From: a virus
Taxonomy: Duplodnaviria; Caudoviricetes
IMG/VR virus record: IMGVR_UViG_3300020331_000002
Length of the DNA: 64,000 bases
Direction: 5' to 3' (one strand)
Below, piece after piece: positions 18,878-28,236 of the stretch. The position numbers were made by a program, and so were the translations under genes. Under the pieces are notes generated by a model. It saw only the letters and a list, made by a program, of their open reading frames with translations. It searched no databases and had not been told where the DNA came from. Position 1 is the stretch's first letter; each line of letters begins with the position of its first letter.

Positions 18878-20032
18878 ATGCCAATTAGATTTAGAGGGCC
18901 GGTGAGGCCACGTAAATTAAAATCACCTGATCCGATTAATATGCCTGTTGTTAGGGACAACAAAGTCCCTAAAGTCAAAGCAGAGGTAGAGTATTATAAA
19001 GAACATGGCGAGATGCCTAGCATATCAGGACCTTGGTCCTCTGTTACGACTTATTTTGGTCTATCTTCGAATAGCACAGTAGACCCCATTGCTGGTTTTG
19101 ATGTGTACAATGACGATATCATTGTTATAGCAAATAGAGAAACTTCGTCGGCAGAGTCGTATAAACGCAACGGAAGTACCGGTGAGTGGGAATATGTTGA
19201 CGGCAAATATATTGCGAATATTCGCAACGGTGATATTTTAATAAACGCAGACGACAGCAAAGTGTTTATCGGCGCAACGCATGTTTCTAATTCTACTGGT
19301 ACCGTTATTGAGTGTGGTATAGATTTATCTACGGGCACATTGGCCGGGACGCATACTAGTCGCCCGTCTGGTAATTCACAAGACTATGTATACGACGGCT
19401 CCAGAATAGTGGATGTTGGTAACAACCTTATTATATCTTCTGGTCCCGGGTTTACTGCAAACTCTGCCAGAGCGGGCATTATATGGTTCAGAGACAGGAC
19501 AACTGGCGCAGTTTCGCAGATAGTCAGGAACTTCCAAAACGGGTTGACGAATAGCGGTTTCGGAACTAACAGTGGTAATCACCAACTGGGTTTAGGACAC
19601 AGGGATTATTTATGGAGCGCTTCTACCATAGTAGATGATGGTCGACTGGTCGTTGCGGCTTCGCCGTCAGGTGATAGCGATGCGTTGTTGAATAATAGCT
19701 TCGCTACCGTGTTTACTTGGGATGGCACAACAATTGCTGATATACAACAAATACAAGCACCGGGCAACGGCGAGCGCATGATAGCCGTGTTTAATTCGGA
19801 TACATCCGGGAACTTCTACATGGTTTTAGACAACGGCGACAATACTAGGGACCTTATTGAATACTCATGGAATGGTTCAAGTTATGATCAGATTAGCAGA
19901 GCTAAATGGGGCCTTGCATTTGATATGGTGAGCAGGGAAAGTCTTATTCGAACCCGCACGATGCCAGACGGCTCGCTTCTTATTTCGGCGTCAGACAGCT
20001 CTGGCGAAATAAAACGCATCACGAGGAATTAA
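18878..20032 (+). CDS. MPIRF-family paralog 4: N-module plus beta-propeller-like domain
   Basis: first 50 nt match paralog 1 at 49/50; body colinear with paralog 1. Confidence 0.8.
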   Translation: MPIRFRGPVRPRKLKSPDPINMPVVRDNKVPKVKAEVEYYKEHGEMPSISGPWSSVTTYFGLSSNSTVDPIAGFDVYNDDIIVIANRETSSAESYKRNGSTGEWEYVDGKYIANIRNGDILINADDSKVFIGATHVSNSTGTVIECGIDLSTGTLAGTHTSRPSGNSQDYVYDGSRIVDVGNNLIISSGPGFTANSARAGIIWFRDRTTGAVSQIVRNFQNGLTNSGFGTNSGNHQLGLGHRDYLWSASTIVDDGRLVVAASPSGDSDALLNNSFATVFTWDGTTIADIQQIQAPGNGERMIAVFNSDTSGNFYMVLDNGDNTRDLIEYSWNGSSYDQISRAKWGLAFDMVSRESLIRTRTMPDGSLLISASDSSGEIKRITRN

Positions 20033-20035
20033 TCA

Positions 20036-20803
20036 ATGCCAATTAAATTTAGTGGGCCGGTGAAACCACAAAAACTAAAATCACCAGATCCGATTAATAT
20101 GCCGGTTGTTCGCGATAACAGAGCGCCAAAGATCAAGGCCGATGTAGAATACTACAAAGAAAACGGCGAGATGCCGTCTGTATATGACGGTCCTTACATA
20201 GCGCAAACACAGAACCTGCTCGAAAATAACAAGTTTGCCTGGGCTGATAATCCTGACCAATCATCAACGACAGCGACCACAGCCGATACTTGGACGAATT
20301 CAAATGGTCTATTTCGTATTCACACATACTCTGGGCCTGATATAGAGAAACTAGGTTTGGTAGACGGCGAAGTACTGCGCTACGCACGCGGATCAAATAC
20401 ATCGTATGCACAGATATTCAAGACTTTGGATCTGGATTCGTTAGGTATTAATACTGCTTTGGTTGACGCAGGTGCGGTGACGTTGACTATGGCCGCACTT
20501 TTTGGTGAGGACTATAATGACTCGGATGCCGCAAGGTATAGACTTATACTTAGAAGTGCTGATACCACCCAGCTTGCTACATACAATACCGGATATATAA
20601 GTGTTAATCAATGGTCGTATAGAGAGGTAGCCGACTTGGATGTGCCTGTAAACACACGCTTAATTGATGTTATATTAGATTTTGACAGGAATGCAGGATC
20701 CGGCAGTAACGGTAATATCCTTGCCCCGTATTTAGAATTGAATGTCGTGAACAACGGCACTAACTTGTCTGCATACGAGGCAAACGGGTCAGTATTACTT
20801 TAA
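20036..20803 (+). CDS. MPIRF-family paralog 5: N-module plus galactose-binding-like jelly-roll domain
   Basis: MPIKFSGPVKP module; AQIFKTLDL..GI....VDAG pattern. Confidence 0.75.
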   Translation: MPIKFSGPVKPQKLKSPDPINMPVVRDNRAPKIKADVEYYKENGEMPSVYDGPYIAQTQNLLENNKFAWADNPDQSSTTATTADTWTNSNGLFRIHTYSGPDIEKLGLVDGEVLRYARGSNTSYAQIFKTLDLDSLGINTALVDAGAVTLTMAALFGEDYNDSDAARYRLILRSADTTQLATYNTGYISVNQWSYREVADLDVPVNTRLIDVILDFDRNAGSGSNGNILAPYLELNVVNNGTNLSAYEANGSVLL

Positions 20804-21018
20804 GATTCAACTAGGGCAGCAATACCGCGCCAAGATTTGTATTGCTGCTCTACTTGTAAAAGAGTATCGAACTCTTTGAACCCAGGCCTACCGAAGTTAT
20901 ATGCACGAGCCGCAGCATTGTCGGTAACCATAAGCCAACGATCACCTAACTTTTCAAGTGTCATTTTGTTACCGCGCGACTCTGTGTAAAATTTGTTTTT
21001 GCTAAGCATCTGAATCAT
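20800..21018 (-). CDS. hypothetical protein
   Basis: SD AAGG; behind a strong promoter. Confidence 0.75.
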   Translation of the reverse strand: MIQMLSKNKFYTESRGNKMTLEKLGDRWLMVTDNAAARAYNFGRPGFKEFDTLLQVEQQYKSWRGIAALVES

Positions 21019-21078
21019 AACTATACCTTACTTGTTTAAGTTCAAGTAGAGTATAGCAATGAAACAAATTATTGTCAA
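21016..21078 (-). promoter_or_regulatory. sigma70 promoter whose -10 pairs with the RBS and start codon
   Basis: TTGACA-17-TATACT; on the minus strand GCTATACT-c-TACTTG pairs CAAGTA-a-GGTATAGT, and CAT pairs the ATG. Confidence 0.8.
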
Positions 21079-21560
21079 TTAAAATGTGTGATTAATGACT
21101 CCATCACTTCTTTTGCTCTATCAAGTGCGCGTTCACGTGTCATTGAAGCCACTGTATTGTCAAACTTCCTTAGTGGGTTACTCGACTCTATGGATGACTC
21201 GATTCGTTTTTCGATAACTTTTTCGACATCAGCCATCCCGCGGCATATTGCCAAGTCAACCACTGATGCAGCTTGTGAGCGAATGTTTTCCAATATACGA
21301 TTCGACAGTGTGACTTTGGGATTAATTGAATACGTGTTTTCCACTTTGGCAATTTCTTCCTGGATCACTTCTTTCGCTTTTTCGTCAATAACAGCACGCA
21401 AGCCAGACAGCGCTTCGTTTAGCGCTTCTTTCATCGCTTTGTCATACAGGCGCTTAGTCATTTCAGCGATAACTGCGTTCTGTAATTGTACGCGAACCTC
21501 TGAACCCTCAGGGAATAGTGACTCTACGGCGTTGGTATCAAGTTTAAGTTGAATGCTCAT
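21075..21560 (-). CDS. hypothetical helical protein
   Basis: SD AAGGA before MSIQLKL. Confidence 0.75.
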   Translation of the reverse strand: MSIQLKLDTNAVESLFPEGSEVRVQLQNAVIAEMTKRLYDKAMKEALNEALSGLRAVIDEKAKEVIQEEIAKVENTYSINPKVTLSNRILENIRSQAASVVDLAICRGMADVEKVIEKRIESSIESSNPLRKFDNTVASMTRERALDRAKEVMESLITHFN

Positions 21561-21562
21561 AA

Positions 21563-22267
21563 TTAATATTCCTTGTGTTCGTCCCAAAGTTCAGGCAGGT
21601 CACCACCCTCTCGCCACACGTCCTCCATCGTAATATTACGATAAGAAGCATGCGCTCGTGCTCTGCGTCTGCGTGCAGGCGTTGCTTTGTTGTTGAATTT
21701 GTCTTTACAGTTGCCTGGCCCTTTATTAGAACAAAAGCGCTTGTTAGGGTGCGCATCAGGCATTGGCTTTTTACAGCACGCACATTTAGGACCAGTGTAC
21801 TTTTCCATACCGTAACACACTAGCCCAGTACGCTTTTCATTACAGCGTGTTGATGTGCGTTGGTGTTCATGTAGTTGGTTCTTGTTTACCATTTTACGGC
21901 ATGTAGTGCAACCAACTTTGCTTTGCTTCATTCGCTTGCGCAGGTCCAGTTCAAGCTCAATCTCAGCGCTGACAAGCTCTAGCTCTTCGACTTTGGCAAG
22001 GTACTTGGTGTACTTTGGTCCTAGCGCTTCGGCTAAGCCTTTTTCGGTACCCATGCAATCGTCATCGTGCGCTTGCCCTTCGGATACACAACAATGACAG
22101 AAAGTACAGTAAGAATACATACGACCGGCATATTCAGATTCGTATGAGTCGTTGTGTTCGTGCATTTCGATAAGCTTGAGTTCAGCTTTTGAGAACCCGC
22201 TGTGCGACGATTTGGTATCGCGCTCAAGTTGCTCTTTGCGGCGTTTCATATCAGCTAATGTAGTCAT
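21563..22267 (-). CDS. multi-zinc-finger protein
   Basis: CTFC..C, CTTC..H..C, CACC..RFCS..C clusters; SD GAGG; Arg-rich tail. Confidence 0.75.
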   Translation of the reverse strand: MTTLADMKRRKEQLERDTKSSHSGFSKAELKLIEMHEHNDSYESEYAGRMYSYCTFCHCCVSEGQAHDDDCMGTEKGLAEALGPKYTKYLAKVEELELVSAEIELELDLRKRMKQSKVGCTTCRKMVNKNQLHEHQRTSTRCNEKRTGLVCYGMEKYTGPKCACCKKPMPDAHPNKRFCSNKGPGNCKDKFNNKATPARRRRARAHASYRNITMEDVWREGGDLPELWDEHKEY

Positions 22268-22283
22268 GGAATACCTCGCTCGG

Positions 22284-22499
22284 TTATGCGTTTGAACGTT
22301 CAAGCTCTGTTTCGTAACGAGCACACGCTAACGTGTAAGCTTGTTTACGGAACTTGGCGTTTGCAATTTCTTCAAAACCGCTGATTTCGGCCTGTTCTTT
22401 TACCATGTAAAGTGGACTGCCGTTTTTTAACATATCAACGATGTGGATAGCGCGTTTAAGGTTTTGTGTTTTAGCTTCTGTGAATTTTATAGTTTTCAT
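22284..22499 (-). CDS. hypothetical protein
   Basis: 71-aa ORF behind promoter. Confidence 0.7.
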   Translation of the reverse strand: MKTIKFTEAKTQNLKRAIHIVDMLKNGSPLYMVKEQAEISGFEEIANAKFRKQAYTLACARYETELERSNA

Positions 22500-22580
22500 C
22501 TTCTAAACCTGTTTGAGTATCAACTAGACGTTATTGCCTAACTTCTGTGTGTAGTATAATACCTGAGTAGAAGATGTAAA
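22497..22580 (-). promoter_or_regulatory. sigma70 promoter whose spacer pairs with the start codon
   Basis: TTTACA-16-TATACT; CATCTTCTA pairs TAGAAGATG (9 bp including ATG); GGTATTA/TGATACT inner stem. Confidence 0.7.
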
Positions 22581-22584
22581 GGAT

Positions 22585-22848
22585 TTATTTGAAGTTTTTA
22601 TTTATTGAAAAGGCGTGTTGGTAACTATCAACAAATTGTATAGATTTGGCTTCTGATACGTCGACAATTCCCATCTCTGTTAGTTGGAAAAGCCGTTCCA
22701 CATCATCGTCGTCGATCATTTCAGCATATAATACATCAGTGCCGAATTCTTTAAACAGGTTGATACTATGTACCAATAGCTTGACTGTCGGCAATTCTTT
22801 GCCGCAAAATAGCAATTCTGTTTTTATTAGTTCTGTATTAAAACACAT
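22585..22848 (-). CDS. hypothetical protein
   Basis: SD GAGG. Confidence 0.7.
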   Translation of the reverse strand: MCFNTELIKTELLFCGKELPTVKLLVHSINLFKEFGTDVLYAEMIDDDDVERLFQLTEMGIVDVSEAKSIQFVDSYQHAFSINKNFK

Positions 22849-22873
22849 AGTACCACCTCTGTAACATGTCTTA

Positions 22874-22902
22874 AGTCTATATACGTATTATTTATATGTC
22901 AA
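22874..22902 (-). promoter_or_regulatory. sigma70 promoter with TATAAATA in its spacer
   Basis: TTGACA-17-TAGACT; TATAAATA at 22896-22889. Confidence 0.65.
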
Positions 22903-22943
22903 TAAATTTAAAATTGAATTTTTAAAAAAGTAGAAAATAAGTC

Positions 22944-22971
22944 TTGACATTCAATCTTAATACCGTAATAT
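22944..22971 (+). promoter_or_regulatory. sigma70 promoter (divergent)
   Basis: TTGACA-16-TAATAT, AT-rich upstream region. Confidence 0.6.
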
Positions 22972-23010
22972 CGCTGTGAAAGTTGAACACCTAACAAACA
23001 AAAGGAGAGT

Positions 23011-23802
23011 ATGATGTCAACACTTTCAAAAGCTATTCCGGCAAATGCCTCAGCGTTCCTAGCACGTTGGAAGACTAATACAGTAACGGCTACCGTTACT
23101 GCAACGAAGGGATGGGGTGGTCCTAATGATACAACATCAAAAATCACTATCGCTGTTCCTGAAGCCGTGCAGAAATACTTTAACAGAAACGTTATTGTGA
23201 AATGGCAGCGTTGTGGACGTTTACTTATCCTACGCGACTGCGATGGGCTATGGTTGCGCCGCGCTGAAAACGTAGGTGATCAGTGTTTTGGCGTTAGTTT
23301 GACGTATTACTTATACGGGTTCAAGCATTTGCGCCGTGCGGCTGGCGTTGAGCCGTTTAACTTAGATTATACGCTGCCGTCGTTTTCGACTAAGCGTATG
23401 GTTGAAATGGCTGAGTCGCACATCAAATGGCAGCCTGACATTGCTTTTGATAGAATCCAGCGCTTCCCGGCTCAGGAAATTGAAAGCGAGGAGGATCCGC
23501 ACTCGTGTATAAGTAAAGGAATATTTTTCCACGAAATGGAAAAAAGAAGACCCGGTCCACGCTCGTCACTGTATAGTATTGAAACAACACCTGTGACTAA
23601 GGTGCCAACAACACGCAACATGCCGAAGCGTAATACTGTTGACACGATTGCTGTTTACACTGGCGAAGCGGACGACACTGAAGAACGTCTTGACGATCTC
23701 GAAAATGCGATGGTTGAAATGGTTGAATCCAATGATACCGTAACAATACGCGGCATTGAGTTCAGTATCACTGACGCACGTAAACTACTAGGTATCGCTT
23801 AA
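23011..23802 (+). CDS. hypothetical protein
   Basis: SD AAGGAG; 263 aa. Confidence 0.8.
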   Translation: MMSTLSKAIPANASAFLARWKTNTVTATVTATKGWGGPNDTTSKITIAVPEAVQKYFNRNVIVKWQRCGRLLILRDCDGLWLRRAENVGDQCFGVSLTYYLYGFKHLRRAAGVEPFNLDYTLPSFSTKRMVEMAESHIKWQPDIAFDRIQRFPAQEIESEEDPHSCISKGIFFHEMEKRRPGPRSSLYSIETTPVTKVPTTRNMPKRNTVDTIAVYTGEADDTEERLDDLENAMVEMVESNDTVTIRGIEFSITDARKLLGIA

Positions 23803-24173
23803 TGGATGCCGCTAACACTGAGAAAAATAGCGCACAGGGCCTTGTGGTCCTAGGCGCTTACGTAGTTGCATTATGGTCAATTGGGCAGTCGCTACTGTCT
23901 GCGATCGTACATGGCGGTGACTGGATATACATAGCTTGCTATGCTGCGATAATGGCCATTGGTGCTTTTATAGTGGATAAGCGTATGCTATTTGATCACC
24001 TAGTTGTTAGCGCGGTAGGACTCGTGTATATGGTCGCTATTAGCTTCACATCGTTTGATATTTTCGTTGAATACACCTTCTTGTATAGTGTGATGTATGT
24101 TTTCTGGTTGGTTACCGGGCTCTTACACTTTAGGCTACTTGTGCAGAACCATATTATTTCTACTAATGAATAG
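23802..24173 (+). CDS. membrane protein (4 TM)
   Basis: four hydrophobic segments; TAATG overlap. Confidence 0.75.
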   Translation: MDAANTEKNSAQGLVVLGAYVVALWSIGQSLLSAIVHGGDWIYIACYAAIMAIGAFIVDKRMLFDHLVVSAVGLVYMVAISFTSFDIFVEYTFLYSVMYVFWLVTGLLHFRLLVQNHIISTNE

Positions 24174-24192
24174 GGGCTATACCGCCCCTATT
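24169..24192. terminator. hairpin between convergent genes (probable bidirectional terminator)
   Basis: AATAGGGGC-tatacc-GCCCCTATT. Confidence 0.6.
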
Positions 24193-24833
24193 ACCATAAA
24201 ACGTCTATAAACCCCTAAGTCGAGATTGCCTAAATACTCGATCTCTGTTAAGTTGCTTTTTTCGGATAACTCGTCTCTGCTGTTTACGCAATTTATGTGC
24301 CCGGCAATGTTATGTGCGTCGTTATTCTGTAGAATAACCGTAGTTCCCTTTTCTAACATACTCACCCAAGCCGGTATATCAGCTATGTGCTCGGATGAAG
24401 TGTTAATGACTATGTCGTAGCCAGAATAGTCGAAGTCGTACATATCACCTGTTACGGCGTCTAAGTTATCGACTTGGTAATTCATAGCGTCAGCGAACGT
24501 CTTACAGCGTGGATCAATATCCAGCATTGTTACGAACGCATGCGGCATCACTTCTTTAATCATAGCACCCAACAAACCAAACCATGATCCTACAATCAGT
24601 ATGGTAGGCTGATCGTATAAAGGCACTACACGATCAAGAACCCAAAGTTTGCTGACTATTTGTCCTCGACTAAACATGTCACGCACTTCGTCAGGCCTAG
24701 GCTGTAGTTCCGGATCAGTGCCGTATTGCGCGCCGGTGAATCGTATCATTAACCCGGGGTTAATGGACTTTTGCCATGTATGTACTAGGTAATCGATCGA
24801 CGGGGTGCGCGTGTTGGGCTTGATAAATCTCAT
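24177..24833 (-). CDS. class I SAM-dependent methyltransferase
   Basis: ILIVGSWFG, LDIDP, VTGDM, VINTSSEH motifs. Confidence 0.8.
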   Translation of the reverse strand: MRFIKPNTRTPSIDYLVHTWQKSINPGLMIRFTGAQYGTDPELQPRPDEVRDMFSRGQIVSKLWVLDRVVPLYDQPTILIVGSWFGLLGAMIKEVMPHAFVTMLDIDPRCKTFADAMNYQVDNLDAVTGDMYDFDYSGYDIVINTSSEHIADIPAWVSMLEKGTTVILQNNDAHNIAGHINCVNSRDELSEKSNLTEIEYLGNLDLGVYRRFMVIGAV

Positions 24834-25816
24834 GATAAATCCTTAATAAGGCGTTGTGTTGCTTCCTCCGTTGCAGTGTGTGCCAAATTTGGAATATAAG
24901 GCGCAGTTGCCACGTAAAAGCTGCTACTCTGTGCGTCTAATAAATGGAAGTTGAGTGTAACTTCTGCTCGGATAAGTTCGCCTAACTCTTCACACCATTC
25001 ACGCGCAAGGTTTTCGGAAAATTCCAATGAACAGAATTCACTTTTGGGCATAGCGATCCTTGGCACAACTTCCTTCTCCCATAACTCGTGGTTGAGGTAA
25101 GTAAAGTCGCGTACCTGGATAAAGTCCCAGTCAGTTGCTATAGTCTTGTAGAACCCAAGACGTGCGCCAAGTATAGCGAATATACCATTGGCTACGTGTT
25201 GACCGACTGACATCCATACACATAAACGTCTAATGTTGCCGTGCCATACCTGGGATAAGAATTTAGAAGGGTGAACCTTTTCACCACGATCCAGTGCAAG
25301 CTTGCATCCTTCACGGAACCCTGCTCTAAATGCCATGCGCGGACTTGCGTTTTGGTATGTGCGACAATAAGCGTTAGTCATTTGCACGTAGCGGTCCTCC
25401 CAGCAAAAATCAACCTTAGCTCTTGGGTCAGTTGCATTTTCGTGGGTTTTCATATCTTTTACGTACTGCGTAGGCCAGCATTTGAGACCGCCGTTGCCGT
25501 ATTGTAGGCCGTTTATTTCGTTTACCGCTGCCCACGACAGTACCTTGTCTTTAAAACGCGCAGATTCGAAGTCATAAACCATATCAAAGAATTTTTCATC
25601 AACACGGTTATCGGCGTCTACTGTGATAAAGCGCTCAGCATCACCAACTGTTTCGGCTGCTGCTTTGTGTGCATTGTCGGAACCCTCAACCCCGTGAACG
25701 CGGGTTGCCCACGGCACAAGGTTAAGTAAATGATGGAAGTTTTCGTCTGCGTTTTCTTCGTCGTATGACATGAATACGACTGGAAACTCACTCAGTCGTG
25801 TCTTTGATGAATTCAT
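24830..25816 (-). CDS. GT-A fold glycosyltransferase
   Basis: PVVFMSYDE...FITVDADN (DxD). Confidence 0.75.
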   Translation of the reverse strand: MNSSKTRLSEFPVVFMSYDEENADENFHHLLNLVPWATRVHGVEGSDNAHKAAAETVGDAERFITVDADNRVDEKFFDMVYDFESARFKDKVLSWAAVNEINGLQYGNGGLKCWPTQYVKDMKTHENATDPRAKVDFCWEDRYVQMTNAYCRTYQNASPRMAFRAGFREGCKLALDRGEKVHPSKFLSQVWHGNIRRLCVWMSVGQHVANGIFAILGARLGFYKTIATDWDFIQVRDFTYLNHELWEKEVVPRIAMPKSEFCSLEFSENLAREWCEELGELIRAEVTLNFHLLDAQSSSFYVATAPYIPNLAHTATEEATQRLIKDLS

Positions 25817-26297
25817 ATGTTAGTGTTCCTCGGTCGCCTAAAAGCACTGGTTCACAGTACTCATTCATATAAGGCATATCTGTTTCGTGGTATTTACTAA
25901 CAAGAATATCTCGGTTAATAGAAATTGTACCAATTACATAAACAGGATGGCGTCTATCTCTGAAGTATATGGTTGTACCTATGTCTACTGCGCCAGCGAC
26001 GGTAACTGATACGGTTGTGCCCTTCACAGACACTCGTAGGTCTTCGTTGCCGTTATTTGTAGGGAAAGACAACCAAGGTGTAGATGGCCTTGATTGGCGC
26101 TTGACAACGGGTTCTATGGTAGGCTCAGCGCGACTGAGATCAACGTAGAAATTTCTAAGGTCAACCTCGCCGCTATGTACTTTAGACATGTACTCTTCAT
26201 CTACCACGATATACGGCAAGTCGAGCGCTTCGACAGTGCCCGGACTTGTGCCTCTGATCTTACCAGTTGTTGATTCGTAATAAATGTTATAGTGCAT
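25788..26297 (-). CDS. hypothetical protein
   Basis: 169 aa in the glycosyl operon. Confidence 0.7.
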   Translation of the reverse strand: MHYNIYYESTTGKIRGTSPGTVEALDLPYIVVDEEYMSKVHSGEVDLRNFYVDLSRAEPTIEPVVKRQSRPSTPWLSFPTNNGNEDLRVSVKGTTVSVTVAGAVDIGTTIYFRDRRHPVYVIGTISINRDILVSKYHETDMPYMNEYCEPVLLGDRGTLTYEFIKDTTE

Positions 26298-27112
26298 TAC
26301 TTAAACCACTTTTCTGCTTCTGTTATGTCAAAAATAGGATTTCTTCCATAGTGCAACGGCGCATTAAACGAAAAGTCGTTGATGGTATAATCGTCTTCAT
26401 TCAAACAAATACGGTTGCACTGATTCAAGTCCTTTGCGTCAATATAATCCATAGGTCCGTTGTGACTTACTAATGGATGATTATCAAGCCCACTTGCTCG
26501 CAATGCTAGTGATATACATGTCGCGATATGCAGCTCATCCGGACGCGACTGTACCTTTAGCTCGACACGGTAAGCATCTTCGTGATCATGCATATACTGC
26601 CTAAACAAGTCAAAGAACTCAAATACTTCTTTATTCTTAGCAAAGTAAATCATATCTTTACATACCGGTACCAGACCGTTATCACGCATGGGCACAAACT
26701 CAGGCGCTATCTGTTGTGGTTCGTTTAACTTGATTGGTGTAGATAATATGCAATTGTCTAATGCTGCCCAGTCAGAGTCCAAATCAGTAGATGGTGTGAC
26801 TAGCACATCAGCTGACATGAGAATGGTTTTTTCGTACGGGGTGGCATGTACCGCTTTCGGATAGTTAAGGATCCTTGGCAAGCTTTTCACACTACTATCA
26901 TCGCCCCACGGCGCCGCAATTACTTGATCAAAAGCATCGCGGTATTCTTCTTTAATGGTACCATCACCTGTGATAACAGATACTGAGCGGTACTTGTTGC
27001 TCGTAACTGATATACATTTTGCTAGGAGCCAAGCACGGTACTCGTAATCTACGATCACGTTGCCGTTCTCGTCCTCAAGATTTTGGGCGATAACCAAAAA
27101 ACCCCTGTTCAT
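26297..27112 (-). CDS. GT-A-like glycosyltransferase (GT8-like, degenerate DxD)
   Basis: RGFLVIAQN, A..LAKCI, TPYEKTILMSADVL. Confidence 0.65.
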   Translation of the reverse strand: MNRGFLVIAQNLEDENGNVIVDYEYRAWLLAKCISVTSNKYRSVSVITGDGTIKEEYRDAFDQVIAAPWGDDSSVKSLPRILNYPKAVHATPYEKTILMSADVLVTPSTDLDSDWAALDNCILSTPIKLNEPQQIAPEFVPMRDNGLVPVCKDMIYFAKNKEVFEFFDLFRQYMHDHEDAYRVELKVQSRPDELHIATCISLALRASGLDNHPLVSHNGPMDYIDAKDLNQCNRICLNEDDYTINDFSFNAPLHYGRNPIFDITEAEKWFK

Positions 27113-27123
27113 CTTTTAATCCT

Positions 27124-27810
27124 TCATAATATTTTACTGTGTGGATCTTCAATTACAAAGTCTGACAGTATTTTGATGATGATAACGTCGTCGTCATCTT
27201 CCGTTACTAACGCAAAGTCTGAACCGATGTTACTGATAGTAGCACCAGGCTCAACAACTGAAACATCACCTGCGTTGATAAAGCTAGGCGACATCTTGAA
27301 CTCGTCCCATAGAACACTAACTGCGCCACTAAAGTCGGAAACCGTCTTTGGTATTTTAAAGGCACGCCTAATGTACTCGTAATTATTGCATATAGAGAAG
27401 AACGTTAACGCTATTGACGTGTCAATATCGAGTGGCGTTTCTCCCTCGCGGTACTTGAGAATGATGCATTCACCATGTACTCGTCTTAAGTAGGTAGCCG
27501 GCACAGTGTCTTTACCGTTTACGTCGTCTACCCATACTGCGCCTGATACGTCGGTATCCCGTACGAACCTAGCAGTGTCTTCTACCACTTTTGATTGTGG
27601 TATAAAATTAGTTGTAGCGACTACGCACGTTTTCTGAGCGCCGTGCTCAATCACATTTTCTGTTATTTTACGGGTGTCAGATGCCCTTGCGATAACCATG
27701 TTGTCGGCTAGCTCTGGCATATACTTTTGCCATTGTGCTTCGACTAAAGCAGACCTTGCTTCGTCACCTTTAGGCGACATGTCTAGTAACACTAAAACAA
27801 CATTATTCAT
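27124..27810 (-). CDS. hypothetical protein, possibly a degenerate GT-A fold
   Basis: 228 aa; weak beta/alpha pattern only. Confidence 0.6.
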   Translation of the reverse strand: MNNVVLVLLDMSPKGDEARSALVEAQWQKYMPELADNMVIARASDTRKITENVIEHGAQKTCVVATTNFIPQSKVVEDTARFVRDTDVSGAVWVDDVNGKDTVPATYLRRVHGECIILKYREGETPLDIDTSIALTFFSICNNYEYIRRAFKIPKTVSDFSGAVSVLWDEFKMSPSFINAGDVSVVEPGATISNIGSDFALVTEDDDDVIIIKILSDFVIEDPHSKIL

Positions 27811-28151
27811 TTGTTATAAATATCCTCAACTGATTTTGACGATATTACGCGGTTATACGCCACGGTGTATGCGTTAACAGCCTCACGCTCCTTGGCTATC
27901 AAACGCTTGAAAAAGTCTTCGGGGTTATGAATCTCAACCGGACGTTGATGATCATCTAAAATGGTGTATGATTTGTTGCCCAAGTCGTGCATAGCCTTCG
28001 CATAACAAATCAACTCTCTGGTGGCTGCGAAACAACCGTTCCCGTAGTACAACACGCGATCGCGTTCTACTACTTTTTGTAGCTGACGAATTTGTTGATT
28101 GGCTGCTTTTCGTAAATTGGCCTGTTTGAGTAATGTACCTAGCTTATCCAT
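27807..28151 (-). CDS. hypothetical protein
   Basis: SD AAAGG; first gene of the operon. Confidence 0.75.
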   Translation of the reverse strand: MDKLGTLLKQANLRKAANQQIRQLQKVVERDRVLYYGNGCFAATRELICYAKAMHDLGNKSYTILDDHQRPVEIHNPEDFFKRLIAKEREAVNAYTVAYNRVISSKSVEDIYNK

Positions 28152-28180
28152 ACCTTTAACCTCGTTTACACTAAAGTATA
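28149..28180 (-). promoter_or_regulatory. -10-like TATACT pairing with the RBS and start codon
   Basis: minus strand ATAC-TTTAG pairs TTAAA-g-GTAT; -35 poor. Confidence 0.4.
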
Positions 28181-28226
28181 CTTTTATTTATTGTTCGCTA
28201 AATCGCCTGCATTAAATCTTTCCGTG

Positions 28227-28236
28227 CTAAATACCA
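28227..28236 (+). promoter_or_regulatory. late promoter CTAAATACCA
   Basis: identical 10-mer at 36600-36609; TAAATA core ends 31 nt before the ATG. Confidence 0.7.

Noticed and set aside
16214-20803. Diversity-generating retroelement or CRISPR-like array behind the repeated paralog starts
   Set aside because: No reverse transcriptase in the window and no template/variable pair differing only at adenines. The repeats are in-frame coding starts, not repeat-spacer units.
27816-27823. Perfect TATAAATA on the + strand
   Set aside because: It points antisense into the minus-strand operon with no + strand gene within the usual 20-32 nt. Likely chance in AT-rich sequence, though an antisense RNA is not excluded.
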